Of a stretch of DNA of 64,000 nt, positions 50,259 to 62,800 are shown one piece after another. The DNA lies in NCBI RefSeq assembly GCF_030028105.1, contig NC_092394.1, positions 30,610,752-30,674,751 on the forward strand, read 5' to 3'. The position numbers and the translations under genes are program-made. Every line of letters begins with the position of its first letter. Position 1 is the stretch's first letter. Below the pieces are notes generated by a model, which worked only from the letters and a program-made list of their open reading frames with translations, was not told the DNA's origin and ran no database searches. Source of the DNA: Mobula birostris (lineage: Eukaryota).

Positions 50259-51195
50259 TGTGACGAGAAGACGAGAATACACATAGATAAGATGTTAGCT
50301 GTCCTGTGTGATCAGCAGTTGGTCTGCCACCTGTCTTCAAGAGAGAGATAAGGAACACAATGAAACGATCTGGAGATGTGTAATGAAGGGACGGGGGAGA
50401 GAGAGAGCTGTCTGGAGTGGCTCCCCCTTTGAACCCTGAACTGTTTGAAGTGATGGACAGGCGATACCCCAGCAGGGGGATAAAAAGGGACAGGTTCGCT
50501 AAGGCAGGACACACGACACCCGAGGTAACGAGACCCTGGAAGCGGTGCGCCTCTCACGAGTCGGTGGGAAGTACCGGACAACGCACAGGGTGGAAAGGTA
50601 CGATCAGCGGGAACCCGGTGTGTGTCCACCCTTGCTTGGGTGCCGGGTTCACTGCAGAGGATCGACCGTATCTGGAGGAGGGGTCACAGTGGGTGACCTC
50701 AGGTGACATCACCAAGGACCTGCCCAAAAGTTGCTTGTGAGCAATTATCGCCCGTCTGTGAGTGGAAGCCGTTTCNNNNNNNNNNNNNNNNNNNNNNNNN
50801 NNNNNNNNNNNNNNNNNNNNNNNNNNNNNNNNNNNNNNNNNNNNNNNNNNNNNNNNNNNNNNNNNNNNNNNNNNNNNNNNNNNNNNNNNNNNNNNNNNNN
50901 NNNNNNNNNNNNNNNNNNNNNNNNNNNNNNNNNNNGCAACGATTACTGCGAACTGAACTTTGTGTCACTTTGAAATTGGTCATTTATCCCTAGACAACGA
51001 TAGAGCTTGATTGATGCTGTTATCTTAATTCTGTGCACATGTGTGGTTATCATTGCTGAACTGTTGCATTTATTATCCTTTCGATTACTGTGTTGCTTGT
51101 TTCTTTAATAAAACTTTCTTAGTTCTAGTAATCCAGACTCCAACTGAGTGATCCATTTCTGCTGGTTTGGCAACCCAGTTACGGGGTACGTAACA
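50259..51195 (+). repeat. 3' LTR (contains assembly gap)
   Basis: Copy of the 5' LTR with roughly 20 substitutions and a few indels by eye, including an 8-bp gacgagaa duplication at its start. Confidence 0.95.
50776..50935. other. Assembly gap (160 N)
   Basis: Run of N. Confidence 1.
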
Positions 51196-51336
51196 TTTGT
51201 TTAAAATTCAACATCAGAAAGATGACCAAGGCACATGTCAGCAGAAGTACTAGTTCATAATAGCAATGTTTTCAAGATCCATAATAGAAAGCTTCTCAGC
51301 TTTGTCAAGCTAATTAATAAGATTTCCCTTTTGCAG

Positions 51337-51469
51337 ACCTGGACGTCGCGTTGCCTTATGAATTACTTTGCCACACTTGCTGCCTCAAACACTTCTATAA
51401 AGTGCCAAGAAAATGTGGAACGAATAGAAAAGAGAGTATTGGACTCCAATCCAGTGATGGAGGCATTTG
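51337..51469 (+). CDS. MYO19: Myosin XIX coding exon 5
   Basis: ttgcag| TWTSRCLMNYFA..ERIEKRVLDSNPVMEAF(G) |gtagta. 133 nt. Confidence 0.96.
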
Positions 51470-51990
51470 GTAGTAAAACTTGTTGCTTATGTCAGATTGA
51501 ATGTTTAAAAAATGAATGATTGGCGCAGATGAAATATTATTTACTCTAGCATATGGGATCAAAGTCTAATTGTTTACAGGGCTGAATAGATTCTCAGATG
51601 TCGCAGAGTACGTATGTGCTAAGAATCATATAGGGTTTGAAGGCTATCACTCTTTGGTGTAAGAATGTCTGCTGATTGTTGCTCCTTATTCTCCGTAAAG
51701 TTGTGAATATTGTTTCTGTGTTGTGAGTGGTGTATTAGTGTATCTATTTCAGTATTTTAAAAAAGTACAAAAGAGCTAATGTGTCTTCTGAAACTATATA
51801 AATAGCAAACAGTAAACTAAACATTCAAGTACATCATTCTGAATGTGGTGAGCATCATCTCAGACAATTTGAGAACAAGAAAGTAATTCCCTGTTTTGAG
51901 ATATTGGAAAAAGTAGTTGACTAATTTTATATTGAGTGTGTGCACCACCTAGTGGACTACTGAAGGATGTCACTTGCTTAAATATTGGAG

Positions 51991-52611
51991 TAGTCGATCC
52001 GGTGCGGCCTCCTCTACATTGATGAAACCCGATACAGATTGGGGGACCGCTTCGTCGAGCACCTCCGCTCCGTCCGCCACAACAGACGGGATATCCCGGT
52101 TGCCACCCACTTCAACTCTGCTTCACATTCCCATTCGGATATGTCCATACATGGCCTCCTCTACTGCCATCATGAAGCTAAACTCAGGTTGGAGGAGCAA
52201 CACCTCATATACTGTCTAGGTAGACTCCAGCCCCTTGCTATGAACATAGAATTCTCCAACTTCTGGTAATTCCCTCCCCCTCCCTTCCTCTACCCCTATT
52301 TCACTCTACCGCCTCCCCCAGCTGCCTATCACCTCCCTCATGGTTCCGCCTCCTTCTACTACCCATTGTGTTTTCCCCTATTCCTTCTTCACCTTTCCTG
52401 CCTATCCCCTCCCTGCTTCCCCTCCCCCACCCCTTTATCTTTCCCCTTACTGGTTTTTCACCTGGAACCTACCAGCCTTCTCCTCCCCCCACCTTCTTTA
52501 TAGAGCCTCTGCCCCTTCCTTCTTCAGTCCTGACAAAGGGTTCCGGCCCGAAACGTCGACTGATCGTTTCCCCAGATGCTGCCCGAACTGCTGAGTTCGT
52601 CCAGCGTGTTG
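51991..52611 (+). mobile_element. Penelope-like element 3' end (GIY-YIG C-terminus, pLTR, mutated hammerhead)
   Basis: GDRFVEHLRSVRHNRRDIPVATHFNS..RLEEQHLIYCLG..MNIEFSNF. TSD taaatattggag at 51979-51990 and 52612-52623. Hammerhead at 52524-52563 has CTGACAA (core G lost). Confidence 0.9.
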
Positions 52612-53053
52612 TAAATATTGGAGAAGGCAGCTACTCATTTTCTGGTCAGATAACGTGTACTACAATAAGATTGCTGGGTTAGTTTTGAAAGATGTGGCAA
52701 AAGGAATACAAAAAAATTCACAAAAAGAAAACGGGCTTGCAAATGAAAATATCAGGATATTCACAAAATAAAGAAAAATAATTTGAAATGAAAATCTTGG
52801 CAAGCTGTTTCATGCTGGCTATTATGCTATGCATGGATATATAATTTTTTTCGAATTAAAAAAACATATACGGGATGTGTTTAATGCTGAACTTATTTGT
52901 AGTGTGGAATATTTTAAATGTTTTCCAGTCAATTTTATTTTGTTTAATAAAATGTTATGAAATTAGGCAGCTTTTGGAAACAAATGAGATTTGCCAAGGC
53001 AACCATAAAAATGATGCAGTGACTGGTTACTAATCTCACTTACTGTTTCACAG

Positions 53054-53123
53054 GAAATGCATCCACGCTAAGGAATCACAACAGTAGCCGATTTGGAAAG
53101 TACATCCAACTCCATTTAAACAG
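53054..53123 (+). CDS. MYO19: Myosin XIX coding exon 6 (switch I)
   Basis: cacag| GNASTLRNHNSSRFGKYIQLHLNR |gtaatt. 70 nt. Confidence 0.97.
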
Positions 53124-53481
53124 GTAATTTTTGGAACACTGAATGTGTTTATTCAACATCCTGTAATTTTTTGTCAGTTAGTAATTGTGCAGGAGCCTTC
53201 AAAAAGAATTGTTGAATTCAGTAAACTTATCTGTAAGTGATATTATAATACCCCTTATAATCTTGGACAGTAAATATCACCCAGTTTTCCTGCTGCCTTT
53301 TTAACAACAAGTGTTTCTGAAAGTTGTGGGGATAGGGAGAAGAGTACTGGGAGAGAAATGACTGTTAAATGTTTTTCTTGAAGTTTTTATGTAAATTGCT
53401 TAGGGAAATCTGTAATTAAGTAACAGAGAAACATCTTATTTTTCCAGTCCTTTTTTTGCAGCATGTTGCTTTATTTTCCAG

Positions 53482-53584
53482 ATCTCAGCAGTTGCAGGGA
53501 GCTTCTGTGCAAACTTACCTATTGGAGAAAACACGAGTTGCCTATCAAGCTCCTCATGAAAGAAATTTTCACATTTTTTATCAG
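53482..53584 (+). CDS. MYO19: Myosin XIX coding exon 7
   Basis: ttccag| SQQLQGASVQTYLLEKTRVAYQAPHERNFHIFYQ |gtagga. 103 nt. Confidence 0.97.
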
Positions 53585-54172
53585 GTAGGATTTTGGTGTA
53601 TTGCATGCGATGTGGCTTTTTCTAATATGTTGGAATTCAAACTGGAAGCAAACAGTAATAATCGATTCATGGGACAAGTTTCATAAATCATTAAATTCTG
53701 CTGCAGCTCATATTATAAAAGGAAAATAGCATCAATTTTTCAGTGATACATTTATGTAGCCGAAACAAAGTGATGGAAGCACTTGGTAGATAAGGTGGCT
53801 TCTGTTGAGCAAGCAGGCGCAGATTTATTATTTCATTGTAGTTTAGACTCTGAATATAAAAATAATCACTTGTTTGCTCTTTTCTCGTATGTTGACTATT
53901 AATGTAGTTTTTTTTTGCTTCAGATTAGCAATATTTCTTTTTAAATAAATACTTCCTAGTTTACATTGGAGGTGTAAAGTCCAAAACTGATGTATATGTT
54001 TCTGACAGTGAGAGGTTAGAAAGATACTGACATAAGTCAGAAACAACAATAGAGGTAGCAAGATAATGGAGATATTTTTTTGCTGCCCTGCGTAACATGC
54101 CTGTGTTCTGCTAAAGCTACTGATTCAACAATGATCTGAAAACCAAAATTTATTTATGTAATGTTTCCTCAG

Positions 54173-54269
54173 ATAGTGAAAGGAGCCACTGAGAAACAGA
54201 AATCGGAATGGGGTCTTTCTGAAGCCACAGAGTTCTTCTGGTTACCAAATTCTGAGAAGGTTTTAGAAG
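54173..54269 (+). CDS. MYO19: Myosin XIX coding exon 8
   Basis: cctcag| IVKGATEKQKSEWGLSEATEFFWLPNSEKVLE |gttaga. 97 nt. Confidence 0.93.
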
Positions 54270-55226
54270 GTTAGAAGTTTGAAAGCTAAGTTCAACAATG
54301 CTTCTTAAACTCTAGCATACAAATGTAGATATTAATCCTTAAGTACACAAACTTACAGTATTTCATTAACAATTCCTCTATAATGTTACACTTATCAGAT
54401 GTTGCATTTTGTGTATTGAACTGTAGAATATAAATAATATTTAATCTAGCCTCGACTAGCCTATCAAATACTAGAGCTGAATTCCTGTACTTGAACGTGG
54501 ACTGAGATCATTTTAACTTTCTGAAAGGCAGTTGACACTTTCAAAAATGTACAAGTTTGTATAACCACATTAATGCAGAGCACTAAAAAGTTTTTAATTT
54601 TTTTAAGCCATTCTTTTCAAGTCCTATATTTGACCTCCTGTCGAGATGCAGGAGGTCTTTGGCTTAGGGGTTAACGTGCTTATGTTTATTCTTTGTACTT
54701 AAATGTATTGAGTGAAGATATTTGCAGTTGTGATTTCTAACTACAATCAAATGGGAGTCCTGAATTGATTATTCTTTTCCTTCATTGCACAAGTTGGTGC
54801 ATTGAGTCTGGTTGTACTTGCAATGCCGCCCCAACTTATTGCAGCTGACTTAGCATAGAGAAGGAATTCAGTCTGGAACCTTTGGAGTTTTGGCTTCTGG
54901 GCTGAGTAAATTGGTGGAAACTCTGCTTTTACTGTGGAATCCCCCCGCTTCTATGTTTAAAATTCTATTTATTAAACAACTATTGCTTCACTTCAGGCAT
55001 CTTTTTGAAGGCTGATGTTTTCCTTTGTATATCATAACTTTTTAATTGTCGATCTTGCACATGGATTAACTCTTTCAAATAATTTTTGGAGCATAGTTCT
55101 AAGTAATATTTAGTCAGTTTAATTACAAAATGCTCTACTGAGGGGTCAGAAATGAGTATGAGAAATGGAAATAATTTAGATATTCATGAAAATGTCAAAA
55201 AATTGCTGCAATTCCTTGTCCTGCAG

Positions 55227-55303
55227 AGAAACAGTTTGATGAAACCAAAAATGCAATGCTGCATTTGGGTATTGATCACGACACACAACTTAATGTTTTC
55301 AGG
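55227..55303 (+). CDS. MYO19: Myosin XIX coding exon 9
   Basis: ctgcag| EKQFDETKNAMLHLGIDHDTQLNVFR |gtaagt. 77 nt. Confidence 0.95.
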
Positions 55304-56178
55304 GTAAGTGAACATTGTAATTAACTACTTTAACTTGAGTGAAATTTTATTTGTCAGATTATTAACATTTACCGTTTAATTCTTTATACAGTAGCATATT
55401 TATTATAAGAAAGCTTATGTTCATTTTGTAAATTTATTGATGAAAATCATCAATGGCCAAATTAGATTTAAATTTTCTCTCCTGATGTGACAGCCTTTGA
55501 CGTTATAGCAAAATTTTTCAAGGTATTCTGGTAATTCAAGTTTTAAATGAGCAGTTCACTCCATCTTTATTAAAGATGATATACAGTTCCTTAACAGCTA
55601 ATAGAGTAAAACTGATAATCCACTTTCCAACTATGCACAAATCCATTTGGTTCAGCACGTAGCTCACTTGAGGCTTCACGTATACTTCATGTATTTCCTT
55701 TAAATCACCGGTTCCAGTTCTCCACTGACAGTTATCAGATTCACTGGAAAATTATTTATTCTCTGTAACATTTTATTTAAACTAAACACGTGCTGATGTA
55801 TTAATAGGAATCACTTGTAATAGTGGAGAAATTCTAGTCTGGTGGAGCTAAACTCTTAAGAGACACAATTTAATCTCTTGTCTGAAGTCAACATCTCTGA
55901 TGTGGTGCTCCTTCAGTGTCCTGTCAGATTTCCTTTTGGATTATTTTTGTGCACATGAATTCACTACCCTCAGGTTTGAAATGTCAATTACTGCACATTA
56001 CCTTTAACAATATCTAAAAATAGAGCAAGTAATTAAAATAGATTTTTTTAAGTACTGTCATAGGCACACATGCCAATTTTGATCAATTTGTTAGTGTTAC
56101 TTGCCCAATTCTGTTCGTGTTTTTTTTGGGTTTTTTTCCCAATACTTGTTTCTTAATACTTATTTTCTTTTCCAATAG

Positions 56179-56269
56179 ATTTTGGTTGGTCTTCTGCATC
56201 TTGGCAATGTGCAGTTCAGCTCTCCAGTGGATGACTCTTATCCTTGTGATCTCAAGGCAGAAGCTAAGA
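56179..56269 (+). CDS. MYO19: Myosin XIX coding exon 10
   Basis: caatag| ILVGLLHLGNVQFSSPVDDSYPCDLKAEAK |gtaaga. 91 nt. Confidence 0.95.
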
Positions 56270-56693
56270 GTAAGAAAAATCCAATCAATTATTGATTTTC
56301 TTAAAAAAGATCTTTCGAATTCTGAGGCTTCAGGTTTAATATCTTTTGAGTAATTGCTGGGTCCTTTAATTATAAAACATAATTTGGTTCAAAAACTTGC
56401 ATAAAATTTGGTTTGTTTTAACAAATATGCATGGACTGTCATTCAAGGACTCTACAACTCACATTCCCAGTATTATTTACTTTATTTGAACAATTTGTCT
56501 TCTGCAGATTGGTGATCAGTCTTTGTATAGATTTTTATTATTTCTATTGTATTTTTTACCTGTAAATGTCTGCAAGAAATGAATCACAATGTACTGCACA
56601 TTGACATATTCGTACTTTGACAATAAATTGATTTTGAACTTGAATTCTCCTACTAGCAGTGGGAATGATCCTTATATAATTGGCTGTATTACA

Positions 56694-56875
56694 AACACAA
56701 GAAAGTCTGCAGGTGCTGGAAATCCAAAGCAACGCACACAAAATACGGAGGAGCTCAGCAGGTCAGGCAGCATCTATGGAAAAGAATAAGCAATTGACAT
56801 TTCAGGCCAAGACATCAACTGTCTCCATTGATGCTGCCTGTCCTGCTGAGTTCCTTCAGCATTTTGTGTGTGCTA
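56694..56875. mobile_element. Collapsed fold-back Penelope-derived element
   Basis: cacacaaaat..ctcagcaggtcaggcagcatc is inverted against gatgctgcctgtcctgctgag..attttgtgtg. Confidence 0.75.
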
Positions 56876-56930
56876 ATTTGCTATATTGCCATTTTTGTCT
56901 GTTATTAATCAGAATGCATGATTTTTACAG

Positions 56931-57102
56931 GCTTTCTTTCAACCACTGCAAATCTGCTGAAAATTTCTGAGGAAGTCCTTTTGGAACAGATCAGAATTCG
57001 AACTATAAAAGCAGGCAGGCAGCAACAAATCTTTAAAAAACCATGCTCAAAAATGGAATGTGAGACAAGAAAGGACTGTGTAGCCAAAGTTATTTATGCA
57101 AA
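56931..57102 (+). CDS. MYO19: Myosin XIX coding exon 11
   Basis: ttacag| FLSTTANLLKISEEVLLEQIRIRTIKAGRQQQIFKKPCSKMECETRKDCVAKVIYAK |gtaggt. 172 nt. Confidence 0.96.
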
Positions 57103-57926
57103 GTAGGTGACATTATCTTTATTTGAAAATTTATATAGTTTGTTGGTATTAGATTATTTTATTTAAGTTTTACCAAATGGAAAAGATAACAAGTAGAACT
57201 TTACTTGCAACATATTTTAAATTTACACTTGTTTTGCCTATGATTTCATGACGGGTGCCCTGGTGATTTAGTAAAGTAGTGGTCTCAATGTATTACTAAT
57301 TCACATAGTAGCCAGACAATGGGCACTCTAGCTAATATCAAAGAACATGGAATAAAACAAGACAGCACCAAATCTGCTTTTAAAATTAGATTTTAAAACC
57401 ATCCACTTTTCAGTGAATATAAACCGTCTCAGAAGGTTTTTCAAAGAAAAGCAAATAATTTTAATTTTTTATCAATGAACTGAGTAATCGATCATTTTAT
57501 TTTCTTTTTGTGAAATCTTGTAGCGGAATCTCACATTTATAACATGACAAATTAGACATGAAGTAGTTTAAATTATATGATGCATAATTCTTTCCTTGCT
57601 ATAAAGGTGAGCCAATTAAATTGGTGTTTTTCATATATTTGAAAAGTAGATTTAGTTTCAAATGATTATGATAACAACTAATAAATTTGTAACATTCACA
57701 TGAATGGCCAGATCATTGATCCTCAAGGTTTGGTCAACCTAAGTTTTATAATCCATTATGTCAGTGAATAATTTTCTTTCAGCAATTCTCTATGCTCATT
57801 TGCTTCATCGGAGTTGAAAGATCTGTTGGTTTAGTTTAAAACTGCTAACTGAGCCAAGGTTATATATGCAAGTATGTTGGTGTAATAGATGTTTTTGTAC
57901 TTGTGTTTGTCTTACTTTTTTTACAG

Positions 57927-58000
57927 GCTGTTTGACTGGCTGGTAAATGTTATAAATGGCTCTATTTGTTCACATTCTTTTGGATGGACCAATTTTATAG
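57927..58000 (+). CDS. MYO19: Myosin XIX coding exon 12 (gene continues beyond the window)
   Basis: ttacag| LFDWLVNVINGSICSHSFGWTNFI(G) |gtacat. 74 nt. All 12 exons join in frame. Confidence 0.96.
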
Positions 58001-58159
58001 GTACATTTCATAAACTTTAAATCTAGAAAAGTTAGCTGCTTCGTTCCACAAGTTTGTTTTTTTTTCTTAGAAGTGTGAAGTGTATTCCAATCACAAAGCT
58101 GATTTTTAAAAAAAAACAAGCAAAAGATTATTTTTAATCTTCTGATTTGAAAACAGTCA

Positions 58160-59550
58160 TAGCAGCAGAGTGATTATAGCAGAGAAATAAACCCTTTGGC
58201 CCATCACATCCATGTTGAGCATCAAGTATTTATCTATACTAATTCAATTTACCAGTTGGTCCATAGCCTTATGTACCTTGCTAATTCAAGTCCTTGTCAT
58301 TTAGAGTACAGTGTTTTGGGATCCACCATCTTCTTGGGCTGTGCATTCTATACCCTTACAGGTGAAAAAATACTTCCTATATCACCTCAATTTCTTCTAT
58401 GTTGCCTTAAAGCCTTAAATCTCTTCCCTCTGTTCTCAGACATCTCTAACAATGAGAAAGATTTATTATTATTTATTTTTACTATATACTACCTATGGCT
58501 CTCATAATTTTGTATCCCTCTATCGGGTACTATCGCAGCCACCTCAGCTTTAAGGGAAACAAAACACACCTAATCCATTCTCTCTTCAGTAAATGTCCTG
58601 CTGGATCTTCTCTGCACCCTCTTCAATGCAATCACATTTTTCCAATTGCATAATGAATGAAGGCAAACATTTTGTGTGCCTTGGAGACCCAAGAGACTGT
58701 GAATGCTGGAATCTGGTGCAAAGGAACACACTGACTCAGGCAGCATCCGTGGAGGGGAAATGGACGGTTGACATTTTGGGTTAAGACTTTCTGGCTCAGA
58801 TGGTATGCCTTGATCTAAAGCATCAAGTGCCCATTTCCATATACAAATGCTGTTTAACTCTTTGAGTCTTCCAGCAGTTGGTTTTATTTATATTGTATGC
58901 CACCTTCATCATCTTAACCACCTGTGCTGCCACCTTCAGGCATCTTGAGGCTTTACACCAAGGTTTCAATTCCTCTGCCATTCATTGTATATGTCCTACC
59001 CTTACTTGATTTCCACCTCACCCTCACCCCCAAATGCATCTCCTGACATTTAACAGGATAAAGTTCCATCTACTGTTGCTCTGCTCAATGTACCAACTGA
59101 TCAATGTCACTCTGTAGCCAAAGGCATAAGACTACCTTCCTCACTATAAACAACTCAAATTTTTTGTTTTATCTGCAAACTCGCCAATCATACTTCCAAC
59201 ATTTGTGTCTAAATCAACCATAATGACCAGCATGTATCCCAGCATTGATCAATGTGGTACATTAGTGGTCACATTCTCTAAGCACAAAAACAACCCTTCA
59301 CCACCAACTCTGGTCTACTACCAAGCTAATTTTAGATCCAAGTTACCAACTTGCTGACCTTTTTGATCTTCCACATGAGACCTTGTCAAGAACTTTACCG
59401 AATTCCATGTAAACTACAATCAACTGTACCTCATCAAAACCAATCAACGGTTCCTCTTCAAAAAAAAAAGCTCAGTTGAATTAATCAGTTAGGATCTTCC
59501 CACCAGCAAATCCTTGCTGACTATCCTTGATTGGTCCCTTCCTTTCTGAA
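58160..59550 (-). mobile_element. Old degenerate CR1 3' fragment with an old Penelope-derived insert (~58690-58890)
   Basis: Residual CR1 motifs (atctgcaaac = FAD, gaccttgtcaag = DKV), with no long ORF. Confidence 0.65.
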
Positions 59551-59892
59551 TGTAGATTAAATAAATTTCACTTTGCCTTCTTGTGAACCTGAGCAATTAA
59601 TCAATGGAACCAATGCTCATTCTGAGGAAGAGTTATTCATGATCCTTCAATAAATCAGATTACCTTCTGTCTCTAGGGTGATTTTCTAAAAATAAATTTG
59701 AATCCATGGTTGTAATATGACATTTATTGACATTATACGAGAAGTGATTAACTGTTACACTTTATAGGGGTTTCTTGTCTTTTTTCAATGTCTTGATTAT
59801 ACATAGAAACATAGAAAATAGGTGCAGGAGTAGGCCATTCGGCCCTTCGAGCCTGCACCGCCATTTATTATGATCATGGCTGATCATCCAAC

Positions 59893-62800
59893 TCAGAACC
59901 CCGCCCCAGCCTTCCCTCCATACCCCCTGACCCCCGTAGCCACAAGGGCCATATCTAACTCCCTCTTAAATATAGCCAATGAACTGGCCTCAACTGCTTC
60001 CTGTGGCAGAGAATTCCACAGATTCACCACTCTCTGTGTGAAGAAGTTTTTCCTAATCTCAGTCCTAAAAGGCTTCCCCTCTATCCTCAAACTGTGGCCC
60101 CTCGTTCTGGACTTCCCCAACATCAGGAACAATCTTCCTGCATCTAGCCTGTCCAATCCCTTTAGGATCTTATACGTTTCAATCAGATCCCCCCTCAATC
60201 TTCTAAATTCCAACGAGTACAAGCCCAGTTCATCCAGTCTTTCTTCATATGAAAGTCCTGCCATCCCAGGAATCAATCTGGTGAACCTTCTTTGTACTCC
60301 CTCTATGGCAAGGATGTCTTTCCTCAGATTAGGGGACCAAAACTGCACACAATACTCCAGATGTGGTCTCACCAAGGCCTTGTACAACTGCAGTAGTACC
60401 TCCCAGCTCCTGTACTCGAATCCTCTCGCTATAAATGCCAGCATACCATTCGTCTTTTTCACCGCCTGCTGTACCTGCATGCCCACTTTCAATGACTGGT
60501 GTATAATGACACCCAGGTCTCGTTGCACCTCCCCTTTTCCTAATCGGCCACCATTCAGATAATAATCTGTTTTCCTATTTTTGCCACCAAAGTGGATAAC
60601 TTCACATTTATCCACATTAAATTGCATCTGCCATGAATTTGCCCACTCACCCAACCTATCCAAGTCACCCTGCATCCTCTTAGCATCCTCCTCACAGCTA
60701 ACACTGCCCCCCAGCTTCGTGTCATCCGCAAACTTGGAGATGCTGCATTTAATTCCCTCATCCAAGTCATTAATATATATTGTAAACAACTGGGGTCCCA
60801 GCACTGAGCCTTGCGGTACCCCACTAGTCACCGCCTGCCATTCTGAAAAGGTCCCGTTTATTCCCACTCTTTGTTTCCTGTCTGCTAACCAACTGTCCAC
60901 CCACACCAATACCTTACCCCCAATACTGTGTGCTTTAAGTTTGCACACTAATCTCCTGTGTGGGACCTTGTCAAAAGCCTTCTGAAAATCCAAATATACC
61001 ACATCCACAGGTTCTCCCCTATCCACTCTACTAATTACAACCTCAAAAAATTCTATGAGATTCGTCAGACATGATTTTCCTTTCACAAATCCATGCTGAC
61101 TTTGTCCGATCATTTCACTGCTTTCCAAATGTGCTGTTATCACATCCTTGATAACTGACTCCAGCAGTTTCCCCACCACCGACGTTAGGCTAACCGGTCT
61201 ATAATTCCCCGGTTTCTCTCTCCCTCCTTTTTTAAAAAGTGGAGTTACATTAGCCACCCTCCAATCCTCAGGAACTAGTCCAGAATCTAACAAGTTTTGA
61301 AAAATTATCACTAATGCATCCACTATTTCTTGGGCTACTTCCTTAAGCACTCTGGGATGCAGACCATCTGGCCCTGGGGATTTATCTGCCTTCAATCCCT
61401 TCAATTTACCTAACACCACTTCCCTACTAACATGTATTTCGCTCGGTTCCTCCATCTCACTGGACCCTCTGTCCCCTACTATTTCTGGAAGATTATTCAT
61501 GTCCTCCTTAGTGAAGACAGAACCAAAGTAATTATTCAATTGGTCTGCCATGTCCTTGCTCCCCATAATCAATTCACCTGTTTCTGTCTGCAGGGGACCT
61601 ACATTTGTCTTTACCAGTCTTTTCCTTGTTACATATCTATAAAAGCTTTTACAGTCCGTTTTTATGTTCCCTGCCAGTTTTCTCTCATAATCTTTTTTCT
61701 CCTTCCTAATTAAGCCCTTTTTCCTCCTCTGCTGAACTCTGAATTTCTCCCAGTCCTCAGGTGAGCCACTTTCTCTGGCTAATTTGTATGCTTCTTCTTT
61801 GGAATTGATACTATCCCTAATTTCTCTTGTCAGCCACGGGTGCACTACCTTCCTTGATTTATTCTTTTGCCAAACTGGGATGAACAATTGTTGTAGTTCA
61901 TCCATGCAATCTTTAAATGCTTGCCATTGCATATCCACCGTCAATCCTTTAAGTGTCATTTGCCAGTCTATCTTAGCTAATTCACGTCTCATACCTTCAA
62001 AGTTACCCCTCTTTAAGTTCAGAACCTTTGTTTCTGAATTAACTATGTCACTCTCCATCTTAATGAAGAATTCCACCATATTATGGTCACTCTTACCCAA
62101 GGGGCCTCTCACGACAAGATTGCTAATTAACCCTTCCTCATTGCTCAAAACCCAGTCCAGAATAGCCTGCTCTCTAGTTGGTTCCCTGACATGTTGGTTC
62201 AAAAAACCATCCCGCATACATTCCAAGAAATCCTCTTCCTCAGCACCTTTACCAATTTGGTTCACCCAATCTACATGTAGATTGAAGTCACCCATTATAA
62301 CTGCTGTTCCTTTATTGCACACATTTCTAATTTCCTGTTTAATACCATCTCCGACCTCACTACTACTGTTAGGTGGCCTGTACACAACTCCCACCAGCGT
62401 CTTCTGCCCCTTAGTGTTACACAGCTCTACCCATATCGATTCCACATCTTCCCGGCTTATGTCCTTCCTTTCTATTGCGTTAATCTCTTCTTTAACCAGC
62501 AACGCCACCCCACCTCCCCTTCTTTCATGTCTATCCCTCCTGAATATTGAATATCCCTGAACATTGAGCTCCCATCCCTGGTCACCCTGGAGCCATGTCT
62601 CTGTGATCCCAACTATATCATAATCATTAATAACAATCTGCACTTTCAATTCATCCACCTTATTACGAATGCTCCTTGCATTGACACACAAAGCCTTCAG
62701 GCGCTCTTTTACAACTCTCTTAGCCCTTATACAATTATGCTGAAAAGTGGCCCTTTTTAATGCTTGCCCTGGATTTGTCGGCCTGCCACTTTTACTTTTC

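Larger units (their letters stand above)
46155..51195 (+). mobile_element. Complete Gmr1-like Ty3/Gypsy LTR retrotransposon, non-autonomous
   Basis: TG..CA LTRs at 46155-47026 and 50259-51195. 4-bp TSD TTTG (46151-46154, 51196-51199). tRNA-Pro-like PBS at 47031. PPT aaaggggggaag at 50247-50258. Contains gag, protease and pol remnants. Confidence 0.95.

Noticed and set aside
53440-53481. Alternative acceptor ttttgcag 20 nt upstream of MYO19 exon 7
   Set aside because: It would shift the frame, and nothing beyond the motif supports it.
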